In this document: piece by piece, positions 14,013 through 29,730 of the stretch | How the letters are laid out: the number at the start of each line of letters is the position of its first letter | Position numbering within the stretch: position 1 is the stretch's first letter | Position numbers and translations under genes: made by a program | Assembly (NCBI RefSeq): GCF_009914755.1 | Contig: NC_060941.1 | Length of the DNA stretch: 64,000 bases | Strand: one strand, 5' to 3' | DNA from: the human T2T-CHM13v2.0 reference genome, Homo sapiens | Notes under the pieces: model-generated | The model's database searches: none | Seen by the model: only the letters and a program-made list of their open reading frames with translations | Told to the model about the DNA's origin: nothing

Positions 14013-15379
14013 ATTATTAATATTTAAGTTATTTTTTATGCAATATTCTCCAATTAAGTTCATTATTTAGTTAGGATTTCACTGTCACTTGAGGAATGTC
14101 ACAATGGAATTGGTTATAAATGCAGAATAACTGCTAAAGAAATTTACCAATTTTTCTTGTGTATTAATGTAACCAGCCCTTAAAATTGATTGCCAGTCTT
14201 TTGGGGGTAGCAGGATGTCATTCGCCCTCCCTTGGAAGTCCATACCAACTTTGTCTTCACCAAGTTGAAAAGTCCTAAAAGGTTGTAGGATTCTTCAGAG
14301 GGAGAGGTGCAGACTTAGGTGAACTGGGCCTGGATTAAACTCTGATGAGACCCCAGAATGATCTGATCCATCAGTCTGCTTCATGTATCGTATGACTTGA
14401 GGGCACCAAGAGAATCATAAGAACTGCTTCAAAAATTTAAAATAGTTATTTGGGGGACATTCATTTAAATATGCCCCGCTATAAATCATATCATTAGATA
14501 CGTAAAGTTCCCAATATAATTTGGCAACATAAGCTAATTTTGCTGATGTAAACACATTTTAGCCTGTGGATTCCTGAATACATAGAGTGCTAACCTAGAT
14601 TCAGACTCGAGGCTGCATGTGGAGAATCTCAAAGGTAGGAGCTGTGAATTCAGCAGTTGTTTATTAGAATTAAAGTCACTTAAAATCTATACTTAAGAAG
14701 GTACTTAAAAATTCTCTAGGCTTTTCCCAAATCAGACTCTCTCGGTGTGGGCCTGAGGATCTATATATTTTTAAAATTCAACCTTGAAGAATGAGTAGGA
14801 TTTTTAACCTCAGGGTGGGCGGGAATGACATTCCAGGGGGCATGATGGTTTAGTTGAAAGGCATGGGTCAAGGAAAGATAATGCGTTTCATTTACCTGGT
14901 TTTTGCAGCAGAACTTCTCAGACGTTTAATATGCTGATGGACATCATAAAGCATTTGAAGGGTGCAACGTGTAGCATTTGCCAAACCTATTTGAACATGT
15001 TTCTTGATCATAGGATAAATGTCCCTTAAAACAGATTTTGAGAAATTCTATTATTAATATTAAGTTATTTTCTACGCAATATTCTCCAATTAAGTTCATT
15101 ATTTAGGTGAGATTTCACTGTCACTTAAGGAAAGTAACAATGGAATCGATTATAAATGCAGAATAACTGCTAAAGAAATTTCCAGTTACTAATTTTTCTT
15201 GTGTATTAATGTAGCCAGCCCTTAAAATTGGTTATCAGTTTTTTGAGGGTGGTGAGATGTCATTCACCCTCCTCTGCAAATCCATACCAACTTTATTTTA
15301 ACCAGGCTCTAAAGCATATTTGAACATGTTTCATGATCATAGGTCAAATATCCCTTAAAACATACTTCAGGAAATTCTA
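14013..15379 (+). repeat. Local duplication with A...B-A'-B' structure
   Basis: 14013-14264 matches 15050-15305; 14983-15050 matches 15311-15379. Confidence 0.92.
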
Positions 15380-15769
15380 GGCTTAGGAAAGGAGAAGACA
15401 AAGTAGAGAGACTCCCTGTTAACACTTTCTAAGCTTTTAGTCACACAAGGGCATGGAAAACAAACTCTCCTGTGTTTTCTTAGCCAGGAGAAATAGGCCA
15501 GGCTCCTGCCAGTCATCATTGCTCTTTTGGTGCTGACCTGGCCTTGTTTGGTACATCCCTGCCCTGTTTGAAATGCAGTACTCCTGCTCCAGACAACTTG
15601 AAGAACGGAACGCATTTTTTCAAAGTGCTAGAGGGGGGATAAAAAAACAGGCAAAAATTGAGACAAGAGCCATTTGTAGGGCAGCAGAATGAGCTTTGGC
15701 TTTTCTGCCCCTAGCTCGGGCTGGGAAAACACAGAGACCTGAAGGAGCTGAATGTTAGGAAGAAAGGCC

Positions 15770-15965
15770 ATCTGAGGCATGAATTTTAATCCCTGCTTGG
15801 CTTCTTGCAAACTGTGTGACCTCAAGCAAGTCACTTTACCAGTCCAAATCTTGGTTGCTTCATCTGTAAAACTGAGTTGTCTACCTACATAGGAGTTCTC
15901 TAAGGAACCAATGAAATCATATTTGTAAGACGCCCAGAACAGAGCCTGGTGTTTAGTGGACACAT
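15770..15965 (+). mobile_element. MIR
   Basis: ctgtgtgacctcaagcaagtcactt...cttcatctgtaaaa core. Confidence 0.75.
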
Positions 15966-17479
15966 ACTAAGCCTAATAAAGCATTCCTTCCTTCCTTCCC
16001 AAAATCTGGAAGCAATTTTCTTTAAGCTGACTTTGATTCAAGAAGCATTCATCGCACATTCTATTATATGAAAACCAGTAGATTGAGCTCATCTCATAGC
16101 TTGATGTCTAACCAGGGAAGGTGTTCGATAAATACTTTTGTATGACTGAATACTCGTATGTGAATAAATAAGTCAACAAAGAGAACCATAGATTCACAGA
16201 GGAAGAAGTGATTTCTGGGGGATGCATGTAGCCTTCTATTCCTCTTCTCATACATGGAGTATTGGTGGGCACTCTTCTGGCCTCTCTTTCTACCCTTTAC
16301 TCAACCTGCTCCAAGAGAGAAGTGTAGTTACTCTGATAGTTCACTAGACCACATTTTTCTAGGAGGCAAGGTCATATTCTGTCTCTGAGCTACAAGTAGA
16401 ATACAGCCAAATTTAGCAGACCTGCCATTCTTTGTTCTATCTGTTGCTAGGCGTGTCAGCGTGTCTGTGGTCCTCATCCATGTTTATGGCTGTGTAAGGG
16501 TACTCAAGGTCTCTTCTGTAAGCCCATTCTTACCTCCTCACATTACCCAAATGTGCAAACCCTAAGATTCAGGCTAGAAGCCTTCATCTGAGCCTCAGGC
16601 ATCCACATAACATTCAACTAAGCAGTTAAAACGAACTTTATTATAGAGATGACACTACTGAAAATCACCAGAGTAAAGTATTTGGCATCTAATTTATAAA
16701 ATGAAATCATAGGTTCCCCCAGTATGTAGTGTTTTCATTGGTAAAACAATTATACTGTTTTCAATCCTTATTAACTCTCCTACAGGCAACATATATTGGT
16801 ATTCCCCATGACAACATAATTAGTATTCTAAGCATATTTTTCACCAGCTGCTTATGTCTTCAAGTTAAAAGTCAACAGCTAAATATATAAAATGGAAAAA
16901 GCATAAACAGTAAAATTGATTTTAGTACTCAGAATGACTTGATTATCTATATTTATAGTGGTAATTAGAGAAAGACTTAATGCCTTATATAATCAGTTCT
17001 TTATTGAAAGTTTCATGACACAGGACTTGATGCTAATTTACCTTGTAGCATCGAGGAAGGAGTGCTGTTCTCTAAGCCACACCAATGGCTTTAGCTTCTA
17101 GGTTCATTAACTACAAAACATGTTGCCTTACATTATGTGTAGCACATTAAGGGCTCTTTATTGAGCAACTTTCAAAGGCAGTTTCTATTCCAAGTTGCTA
17201 ACATAATATATGCCTTTCCCCAGAGTCCAGTTGGCTGTTTGAGTCTAGGGAATGAGTGATGCTCTTTGTTATTAGAAAAGTAATGTTAATTCTGTATAAT
17301 GTCAATATATCTATAGCATAACACAGCGAAGAAGTTTCATTTTTCTTGCATGAATGCCTTTTTATCTGGAAAGTTTTAGAGCTATTCCTACATATTTTTA
17401 AAATTCTTTTTGTATTCTGATCTCCAGGACTGGAGGATTTCCCCCAAAGCTTTTTTAAAAAAAGTACACATTTTCATAA

Positions 17480-17725
17480 TAGCAATAACTACTAGTTATC
17501 AAGCACGTACTGTGTGCCAAATCCTTTACAAAGCACTTTATATAAATAGTGTGTCATTTCTTCTTTGCAACAACCTGACAAGGAAGGCACTGTTATGTGT
17601 CTGTTTTACAGATGATGAAACTGAGGCTTAGAAAGATGAAGTGACTAACCTAAGATGACACGACAATAAGTGGGAGCACTACTAGTTAAGCTCAGGTAGG
17701 CTGGCTTTCGAGGATGAATTTCCAA
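17480..17725 (-). mobile_element. MIR
   Basis: ttttacagatgatgaaactgaggcttaga core. Confidence 0.8.
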
Positions 17726-17902
17726 TCATCCATTACAGCTGTAGACCAGTCAAGTGCAACTTCCAGTGATCAGATCACTGCTTATTGCCTATTGTTTTCT
17801 TTCTCTTCTTAGCATGTACAACCATTACGTATGCATGTATGAATGCATATACACACATATGTCATATATGTACGTATATATGTTTTTATATGCTTATGTA
17901 TA

Positions 17903-20711
17903 GAGGCATACTCATTTAATTGTGCCTTGTTTTATTGTGCTTTGCAGATATTGCATTTTTTACAAATTGAAGGTTTGTGACAACCCTGCAGTGAGCCTAT
18001 GGGCATCATTTTTCCAATAGAATGTGCTAACTTCGTATCTCTGTGTCACATGTTGTTAATTCTCACAATATTTCAACCTTTTTTGCTATTATTTTATCTG
18101 TTGTGGTGATTTATGATCAGTGATCTTTGATGTTACCATTGTCATTGTTTTGGGGCATCACAAAGTGCTCCCATATGTGATAGCAAACTTAATCAACAAA
18201 TGCATGTACTCTGACTGCTCTGCCAATGGGCCCTTCTGCCATCTGTCTCCTGTTCCTTGGATGTCCCTATTTCCTGAGACACAATACTGAGAATAGGCCA
18301 ATTAATAACCCTACATTGGTCTGTTAGTGTTCAAGTTAAAGGAAGGGCCACTCATCTCTTACTTTAAATCAAAAGCTAGAAGTGATTCAGCTTAGTGAGG
18401 AAGGCAGGTCGAAAGCCAAGAGAGGCCAAAAGCTAAGTCTCTTGTGCCAAGCAGTAAGCCAAGTTGTAAATTCAAAGGGAAAATTCTTGAAGGAAATTAA
18501 AAGTACTACTCCAGTGAAAACACAAATGATAAGAAAGCAAAACAGCCTTATTGCTGATATGGAGAAGGTTTTAGTGGTTTGGATAGAAAATCAAACCAGA
18601 CACAACATTTCCCAAAGACAAAACCTAGTCCAGAGCAAGACCCTAACTCTTTGAATTTTCTGAAATCTGGGAGAGGTGACAAAGCTGCAGAAGAATCATT
18701 TGAAACTAGAAGAGGTTGGTTCATGAGGTTTAAGTAAAGAAGCCATCTTCATAACATAAATGCAAAGTGAGGCAGCAAGTGCTGATGGAGAAGCTGCAGC
18801 AAGTAATTCTGAAGATCTAACTAAGATAATTGGTGAAATGGCTACACCAAACAACAGATTTTCAATGTAGGAAAACTAGCCTTCTATTGAAAGAAGATGC
18901 CATTCATGACATTTTTAGCTAGAGAATAGAAGTCAATGCCTGGCTTCAAAGGACAGGCCAACTCTCTCGTTAGAGGCCAATGCAGCTGGTGGTCAATGTC
19001 AAAGCCAGTGGACATTTATCATTCTGAAAATCCTAAGGCCCATAAGAATTAGACTAAATCTACTTTGCCTGTACTCTATAAATGGAATGAGAAAGCATGG
19101 ATGACAGCACATCTGTTTACAGCATACGGTTTACTGAATATTTTAAGCCCACTATTGAAACATGCTGCTCAGAAGAAAAGATTTCTTTTAAAATATTACT
19201 GCTTATTGACAATGCAGCTCATCATCCAAGAGCTCTAATAGAGATCTGCAAAGGAGATTAATGTTGTTGTCATGCCTGCTAACACAGCATCCATTCTGCA
19301 ACCCATGGATCGAGGAGTTATTTTGGCTTTCAACTCTTATTATTTAAGGAGTACATTTCATAAGGTTATAGTTACCATCAATAGCGATTCCTATGATGGA
19401 TCCTGGCAGAGTACATTGACAAAATTCTGGAAAGGATTCATCATTCTAGATGCCATTAAGAACATCTATCATAAATGGAAGAAAGTCAAAATACCAACAT
19501 TAGCCAGTGATATAGTTTGGATGTTTGTCCCCTCCAAATCTCATGTAGAAATGTGATCCCCAGTGTTGGAGGTGGAGCTTAGTGGGAGGTGATTGGATCA
19601 TGCGGGCAGATCCCCCATGAATGGCTTAGCATCCCTTGGTAATGAGTGAGTTCTCTCAAAGTTAGTTCACATGAGATCTGGTTGGTTAACAGTCTGGGAC
19701 CTCCCCTTTCTCACTCTTGCTCCCTCTCTTGCCATGTAATATGCCTGCTTTTGCTTCACCTTTTGCCATGAGTAAAAATTCCCTGAGACCTCACCAGAAG
19801 CCAAGCAGATGCTGGTGCCATGCTTCCTATACAGCCTGAAGAACTGTGAGTGAATTAAACCTCTTTTCTCTATACATTACCCAGTCTCAGGTATATCTTT
19901 GTAACAATGCAAAAACAGACTAACACCACCAGCATTTGGAAGAAGTTGATCTCAGCCTTTGTGGATGACTTTGAGAAGCTCAACACTTCAGCGGATGAAG
20001 AAACTGCATATGTGGTACCAATATTAAGCAAACTAAAATTAGAAGTAAAGCCTTCAGATGTGACTGAATTACTGTCATCTCATGATACATCTTGAATGGA
20101 TATTGAGTTGCTTCATATGAATAAGCAAAGAAAGTGGTTTCTTGCCATGGGATCCACTCTTTGGTGAATATGCTGTGAACGTTGTTGAAGTGACAATAAA
20201 GGATTTAGAAAATTACAAAAACTTACTTGAGAAAGCAGTGGCAGAGTTTGAGAGGATTGACTCTTATTTTGAAAGAAGTTCTGCTGTGGGTAAAATGCTA
20301 TCTTTCTACAGCATTTTGTAGAAAGAAATATTTTGTGAAAGGAAAAGTCAATCAATGTGGGTGAACTTCATTGTTGTCTTATTTTAAGAAATTACCATAC
20401 CCACTCCAGCCTTCAGCAACCACCACCCTGATCAGTCAGCAGCCAGCAACATAGAGGCAAGACCCTTCACCAGCAAAAAGGTTAAGACTTGCTGAAGACT
20501 CAGAGATGATTGTATGCAATTTTAAACAATATTTTAAATTAAGATATGTACATTATTTTTTAGACATAATGCTGTTGCACAATTAATAGACCACAGTATA
20601 TTGTGAATATAACTTTTATATGCACTGGGAAACAAAAAAATTAATGCGACTTGTTTTACTGTGAGATTTGCTTCATTGGAACTCAACCTGCCCTATCCCA
20701 AGGTAGGCCTG
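17903..20711 (+). mobile_element. Tigger1 (TcMar/pogo) DNA transposon, near full length, transposase disrupted
   Basis: Degenerate TIRs (ta|gaggcatactc ... aggtaggcctg). ORF pieces 18382-18654 ([12 protein letters not shown]..., HTH/CENP-B-like) and 19272-19507 ([20 protein letters not shown]). About 2.39 kb after removing the LTR. Confidence 0.95.
19508..19927 (+). mobile_element. MST (MSTB-like) MaLR solo LTR inserted in Tigger1
   Basis: tgatatagtttggatgtttgtcccc start, gactaacacc end, 5-bp TSD gccag/accag. Confidence 0.9.
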
Positions 20712-22459
20712 TTTCCTACATGCAGATGATATTAACTTTGATTTTGATATTCAAAACCACTTAATTATATTTGTTGCTGTAATTCCTCAAGGCATATACA
20801 CATATGCACTCCTTTGTGCTTCAGTGTCATTTGAGAAAAGTTTCAAACTTTTTAAATATAAATCATCATTCTCGTGATCTCATTTGATCCTCAGATCTGC
20901 CCTGAGAGGTCGGTACATCCTGTGCTATTGTCTCATCTGAGAAATGAAGCGACACGTCCAAGGTCAGTTCACCACTTGTGGTAAAACTCAAACCAGAACT
21001 CCCCCTCAGCTGTTACGCCAGAGTGTTAAAGTACTGTGCTGTCTTCCACAGATCCTCAGGCACAGAATAACACTCTGGGCTGCACATGAGCTAACAGAAG
21101 GAAATAAAATGTCAACTCTTTCAAGTAAGCGATGGAACAGGAATCTCAGGCACAGTGCTCATGTAATACCATTTCATGGGTGAATTTGTCTTTTTTGTGG
21201 AGAATCCGCCATCTTTGCTTTTTATCAATCTCTGTCCACGTAGTTAACTAGTTCACCTTGTACCACCTTGAAACCCTGACCTAAACTCCAATCCCAAATG
21301 TCATCCCAGGGTGTTATATGGTACATATATACTGATGTGACTTCCCCCACTAGATTGTGAGTTCACTCCTGTGATCCAGTTTTCAGCATAGAGCCTGACA
21401 GTAGAAGGTCTCAAATATTTATCCATTCATGTATTTGTTCTGCATAAATTTTTGCTGAATTTACTGGCAATTGGAAAAGAAATGGAGAAATAGAAAAGGA
21501 AAAAAGTTTGAGACATAAATCCCAGTTTTAATTATTTTGCCATAGGACAGGGTCTCCATAACCTTTATAACCCCCCTTCCCATAATACCAAACTTTGTGT
21601 GGAAAAACATCCCTAAGAGCTTCTCTGTCGAAGAATGGGTCAGAGCAGGGCTGGTTGTTCCAAAAATGGCCTACAAATATGTTCTTTGGGGACTTAATGT
21701 GCCCTCCAGGACAGTGGGACCTATAAAACTTGTAGGAGGGAATTCTAGGGAGGAGACTAACATGGCAAAGCAAACTGCTCCCTCCCACCACAGAGTTAAA
21801 AACAATGTCCAGCCTTTAAGTTGTGGGAAAGAGAATGGTGAAATCATTCTCTGTCTGGCACAAGTTGCAGACTATTAAGTCGTTTGGGAAATGTGGACTT
21901 GTACCAATCTACGAGATTGGCCATGGCCATTTTAATATGTTTTTGAAAATCAGCAAGTGCTTAAAAACTTGTAGTAAAAGCCCTAATAAACTAAATTCGA
22001 CCAGGACTCTGCCAGAATTGTATTTACCTCCTGAAGTGGAGGGTTAGGAAACCGCATTAAAAATTAAAGTGAAAAAAAAAATAAGAAAAAGCAATAGACC
22101 CATTAGTTTGGGCAGTTGTTTGGTCAAAAGAATTAACTGTCCACTCTCAAAGGCAGCTCATGTTTCAAGTGAGAGGTGAGTTTGTTTGATGGCACGCAGT
22201 TACAAATAATGCCATCTCCCCGCTTTCTACTTTTGTTTTGTTTTACAAGTCTTATTTGTTTTTACAAGGGTAAGTTTGGAGGGGGGTGGGTAGTTACTGT
22301 AGCCAGAAGAATAAATGCTTTGTGCATTGTGCATGCCCATGTAGTATACTGAACAAGTACTAATAAGAATAAAATTATTGGAGCAAATAAAATCACATAT
22401 GCTTTTTAGTCACCTGGGAGAGGGGCCGTGCCAGCCTTCTTGAGCATATAAAAATAATA

Positions 22460-22680
22460 ATTCCTCACATCTGAATAGCATTATAGAACTTATAAAGCCC
22501 TTTCACTTATATTATCATGTTTGATCCTCAATAACGTGAGTTAAGAATGATCTGTGTTGTGATACCATTTTACAGTTCAAGAGAGGTTAAGCGGCTTGTC
22601 CAAGCAGCTACTAAGAATTGATCAGTCAGTGATTCCAACAACATCCTGGTGCCAGAGCATTCCACGTTGTCCACTGTGAC
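22460..22680 (-). mobile_element. MIR
   Basis: ccattttacagttcaagagaggttaagcggcttgtccaag core. Confidence 0.65.
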
Positions 22681-22959
22681 GCAAAAGAGCAAAAATGTAT
22701 GAATCGTAGCAAAAATCTCTAAGGTCATTTTGTGTAGAAGAAAACTATTTGGCACAGGAAATGACTTATCCCCTGGCTCCCTAGCTATCAGAGAAATGGT
22801 CTACACCAGGAAAAGAGCACAGTGCTAAGGATCACATACAGCCTGATTCAGGCACAGACTAGCTGCGTGTTGCTTAGGACACACTTGCAAAATGAGGAAC
22901 TAGTGTATGGCATCCTGTTACCTAAAGGTGTTGTTAAAAATCGCACGGGGCTGTAGATG

Positions 22960-24258
22960 GACAAAAACAAGAAACGGGGAAAGGATTCCCTATTTAATAA
23001 ATGGTGCTGGGAAAACTGGCTAGCCATATGTAGAAAGCTGAAACTGGATCTCTTCCTTACACCTTATACAAAAATTAATTCAAGATGGATTAAAGACCTA
23101 AATGTTAGACCTAAAACCATAAAAACCCTAGAAGAAAACCTAGGCAGTACCATTCAGGACATAGGCATGGGCAAGGACTTCATGTCTAAAACACCAAAAG
23201 CAATGGCAACAAAAGCCAAAATTGACAAATGGGATCTAATTAAACTAAGGAGCGTCTGCACAACAAAAGAAACTACCATCAGAGTGAACAGGCAACCTAC
23301 ACAATGGGAGAAAAATTTTGCAATCTACCTATCTGACAAAGGGCTAATATCCAGAATCTAAAAAGAACTTAAACAAATTTGCAAGAAAAAATCAAACAAC
23401 CCCATCAAAAAGTGGGCAAAGGATATGAACAGACACTTCTCAAAAGAAGACATTTATGGAGCCAACAGACACATGAAAAAATGCTCATCATCACTGGCCA
23501 TCAGAGAAATGCAAATCAAAACCACTATGAGATACCATCTCATACCAGTTAGAATGGCGATCATTAAAAAGTCAGGAAACAACAGGTGCTGGATAGGATG
23601 TGGAGAAATAGGAATACTTTTACACTGTTGGTGGGACTGTAAACTAGTTCAACCATTGTAGAAGACAGTGTGGTGATTCCTCAAGGATCTAGAACTAGAA
23701 ATGCCATTTGACCCAGTCATCTCATTACTGGGTATATACCCAAATGACTATAAATCATGCTGCTATAAAGACACATGCACATGTTTATTGTGGCACTGTG
23801 CACAACAGCAAAGACTTGGAACCAACCCAAATGTCCATCAATGATAGACTGGATTAAGAAAATGTGGCACATATACACTATGGAATACTATGCAGCCATA
23901 AAAAAGGATGAGTTCATGTCCTTTATAGGGACATGGATGAAGCTGGAAACCATCATTCTGAGCAAACTATCGCAAGGACAGAAAACCAAACACTGCATGT
24001 TCTCACCCATAGGTGGGAATTGAACAATGAGAACACTTGGACACAGGTTGGGGAACATGACACACCGGGGCCTGTCGTGGGGTAGGGGGTGGGGGAGGGC
24101 TAGCATTAGGAGATATACTGAATGTAAATCACAAGTTAACGGGTGCAGCACACAAACATGGCACTTGTATACATATGTAACAAACCTGCACGTTGTGCAC
24201 ATGTACCCTAGAACTTAAAGTATAAGAATCAAAAATAAATAAATAAATAAATAAATAC
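22960..24258 (+). mobile_element. 5'-truncated L1PA (about PA5-PA7), 1.3 kb, (AAAT)n tail
   Basis: ORF2 C-terminal peptides ([13 protein letters not shown]...) with stops and frameshifts, L1PA 3'UTR. Decayed TSD atcgcacggggct / attgcatgaggct. Confidence 0.95.
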
Positions 24259-24687
24259 ATTGCATGAGGCTAATGTAAGTTACTGTGCCTTTTGATATTG
24301 CCTGAGAACTCACTGGCTTTGAGGTAGCTTTTTCTATCTATATTAATGAGGAGCTGGTGGGTTAATTTCCCAGTGTTTCTGTAACAAGTTATCCAAAACT
24401 TAATGGCTTTAAACAACGTAAATTTATTCTCACAGTTCTGGAACCAGAAGTCTAAAATCAAAATGTCATTGATTTTGAAAAAGGCAAGGAAGAGGAATCT
24501 CTCTTAAAATCTTCTTCCTTCTAGGGGGTTTAAAAGATGTTCCTCTTCCTTGCCTTTTTCAGCTTCTAGAGGCTGCTTATGAAATAATAAGAGATAATAA
24601 TTATTTTAAGTATTAAATAAGTATATGTTTCTTAAATATGTGTATGCATATGCATTTCTTATTATATATAAGAAATAAAATAAGATG

Positions 24688-24709
24688 TATATGTGTGTGT
24701 GTGTGTGTA

Positions 24710-24766
<57 letters not shown>
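24688..24766. repeat. (TG)n(TA)n microsatellite
   Basis: Directly visible. Confidence 0.95.
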
Positions 24767-25795
<1,029 letters not shown>

Positions 25796-26056
25796 AGCTT
25801 ATGATTGATAAACAGCTCCAAAAACACTATCTGCAAAGTCCCTTTTATCATATAATGTTGCACATTCACAGGTTTCAGATATTAGGACTTGGACATCTTT
25901 GAGGGGGCTATGATTCAGCCTACCCCAGCTGGAATAAACAAAACTTCAGTCTGAACTTGTAATTCTGCTCTATCATTCATAAATACAATTCTAAGGCTTG
26001 TGGTTTCAATGGAACAAAATAGAGAGCACGGAAGTCAACCCACATAAATATAGTCA

Positions 26057-27431
<1,375 letters not shown>

Positions 27432-27467
27432 TTAGTTGATGCAGTTTCTTCCTAGTCTCGATGGTCT

Positions 27468-29347
<1,880 letters not shown>

Positions 29348-29564
29348 ACAATGAGATCACATGGACACAGGAAGGGGAATATCACACTCTGGGGACTGTG
29401 GTGGGGAGGGGGGAGGGGGGAGGGATAGCACTGGGAGATATACCTAATGCTAGATGACGAGTTAGTGGGTGCAGCGCACCAGCATGGCACATGTATACAT
29501 ATGTAACTAACCTGCACAATGTGCACATGTACCCTAAAACTTAAAGTATAATTAAAAAAAAAAA

Positions 29565-29730
29565 TACAGCTAGTATAATGTAAAAGTGCATAATTTATTT
29601 GTAGCGTTTTTAAAAAAAAACAAAAAAAATACAGCTAGTATAATGTAAAAGTGCATAATTTATTTGTAGCGTTTTAAAAAAAAATACAGCTAGTATAATG
29701 TAAAAGTGCATAATTTATTTGTAGCGTTTT
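29565..29730 (+). repeat. Three copies of a 46-bp non-L1 unit separated by A-tracts in the L1 tail
   Basis: tacagctagtataatgtaaaagtgcataatttatttgtagcgtttt at 29565, 29630 and 29685. Confidence 0.97.

Noticed and set aside
22960-23000. The L1 at 22960 also starts within about 70 nt of the same ORF2 position as the other two
   Set aside because: Not the same nucleotide, a different subfamily and a separate TSD; truncation at 1-1.5 kb is common.
29565-29730. CRISPR-like array appearance of the 46-bp repeats
   Set aside because: Eukaryotic context, and the 'spacers' are plain A-tracts within an L1 tail.
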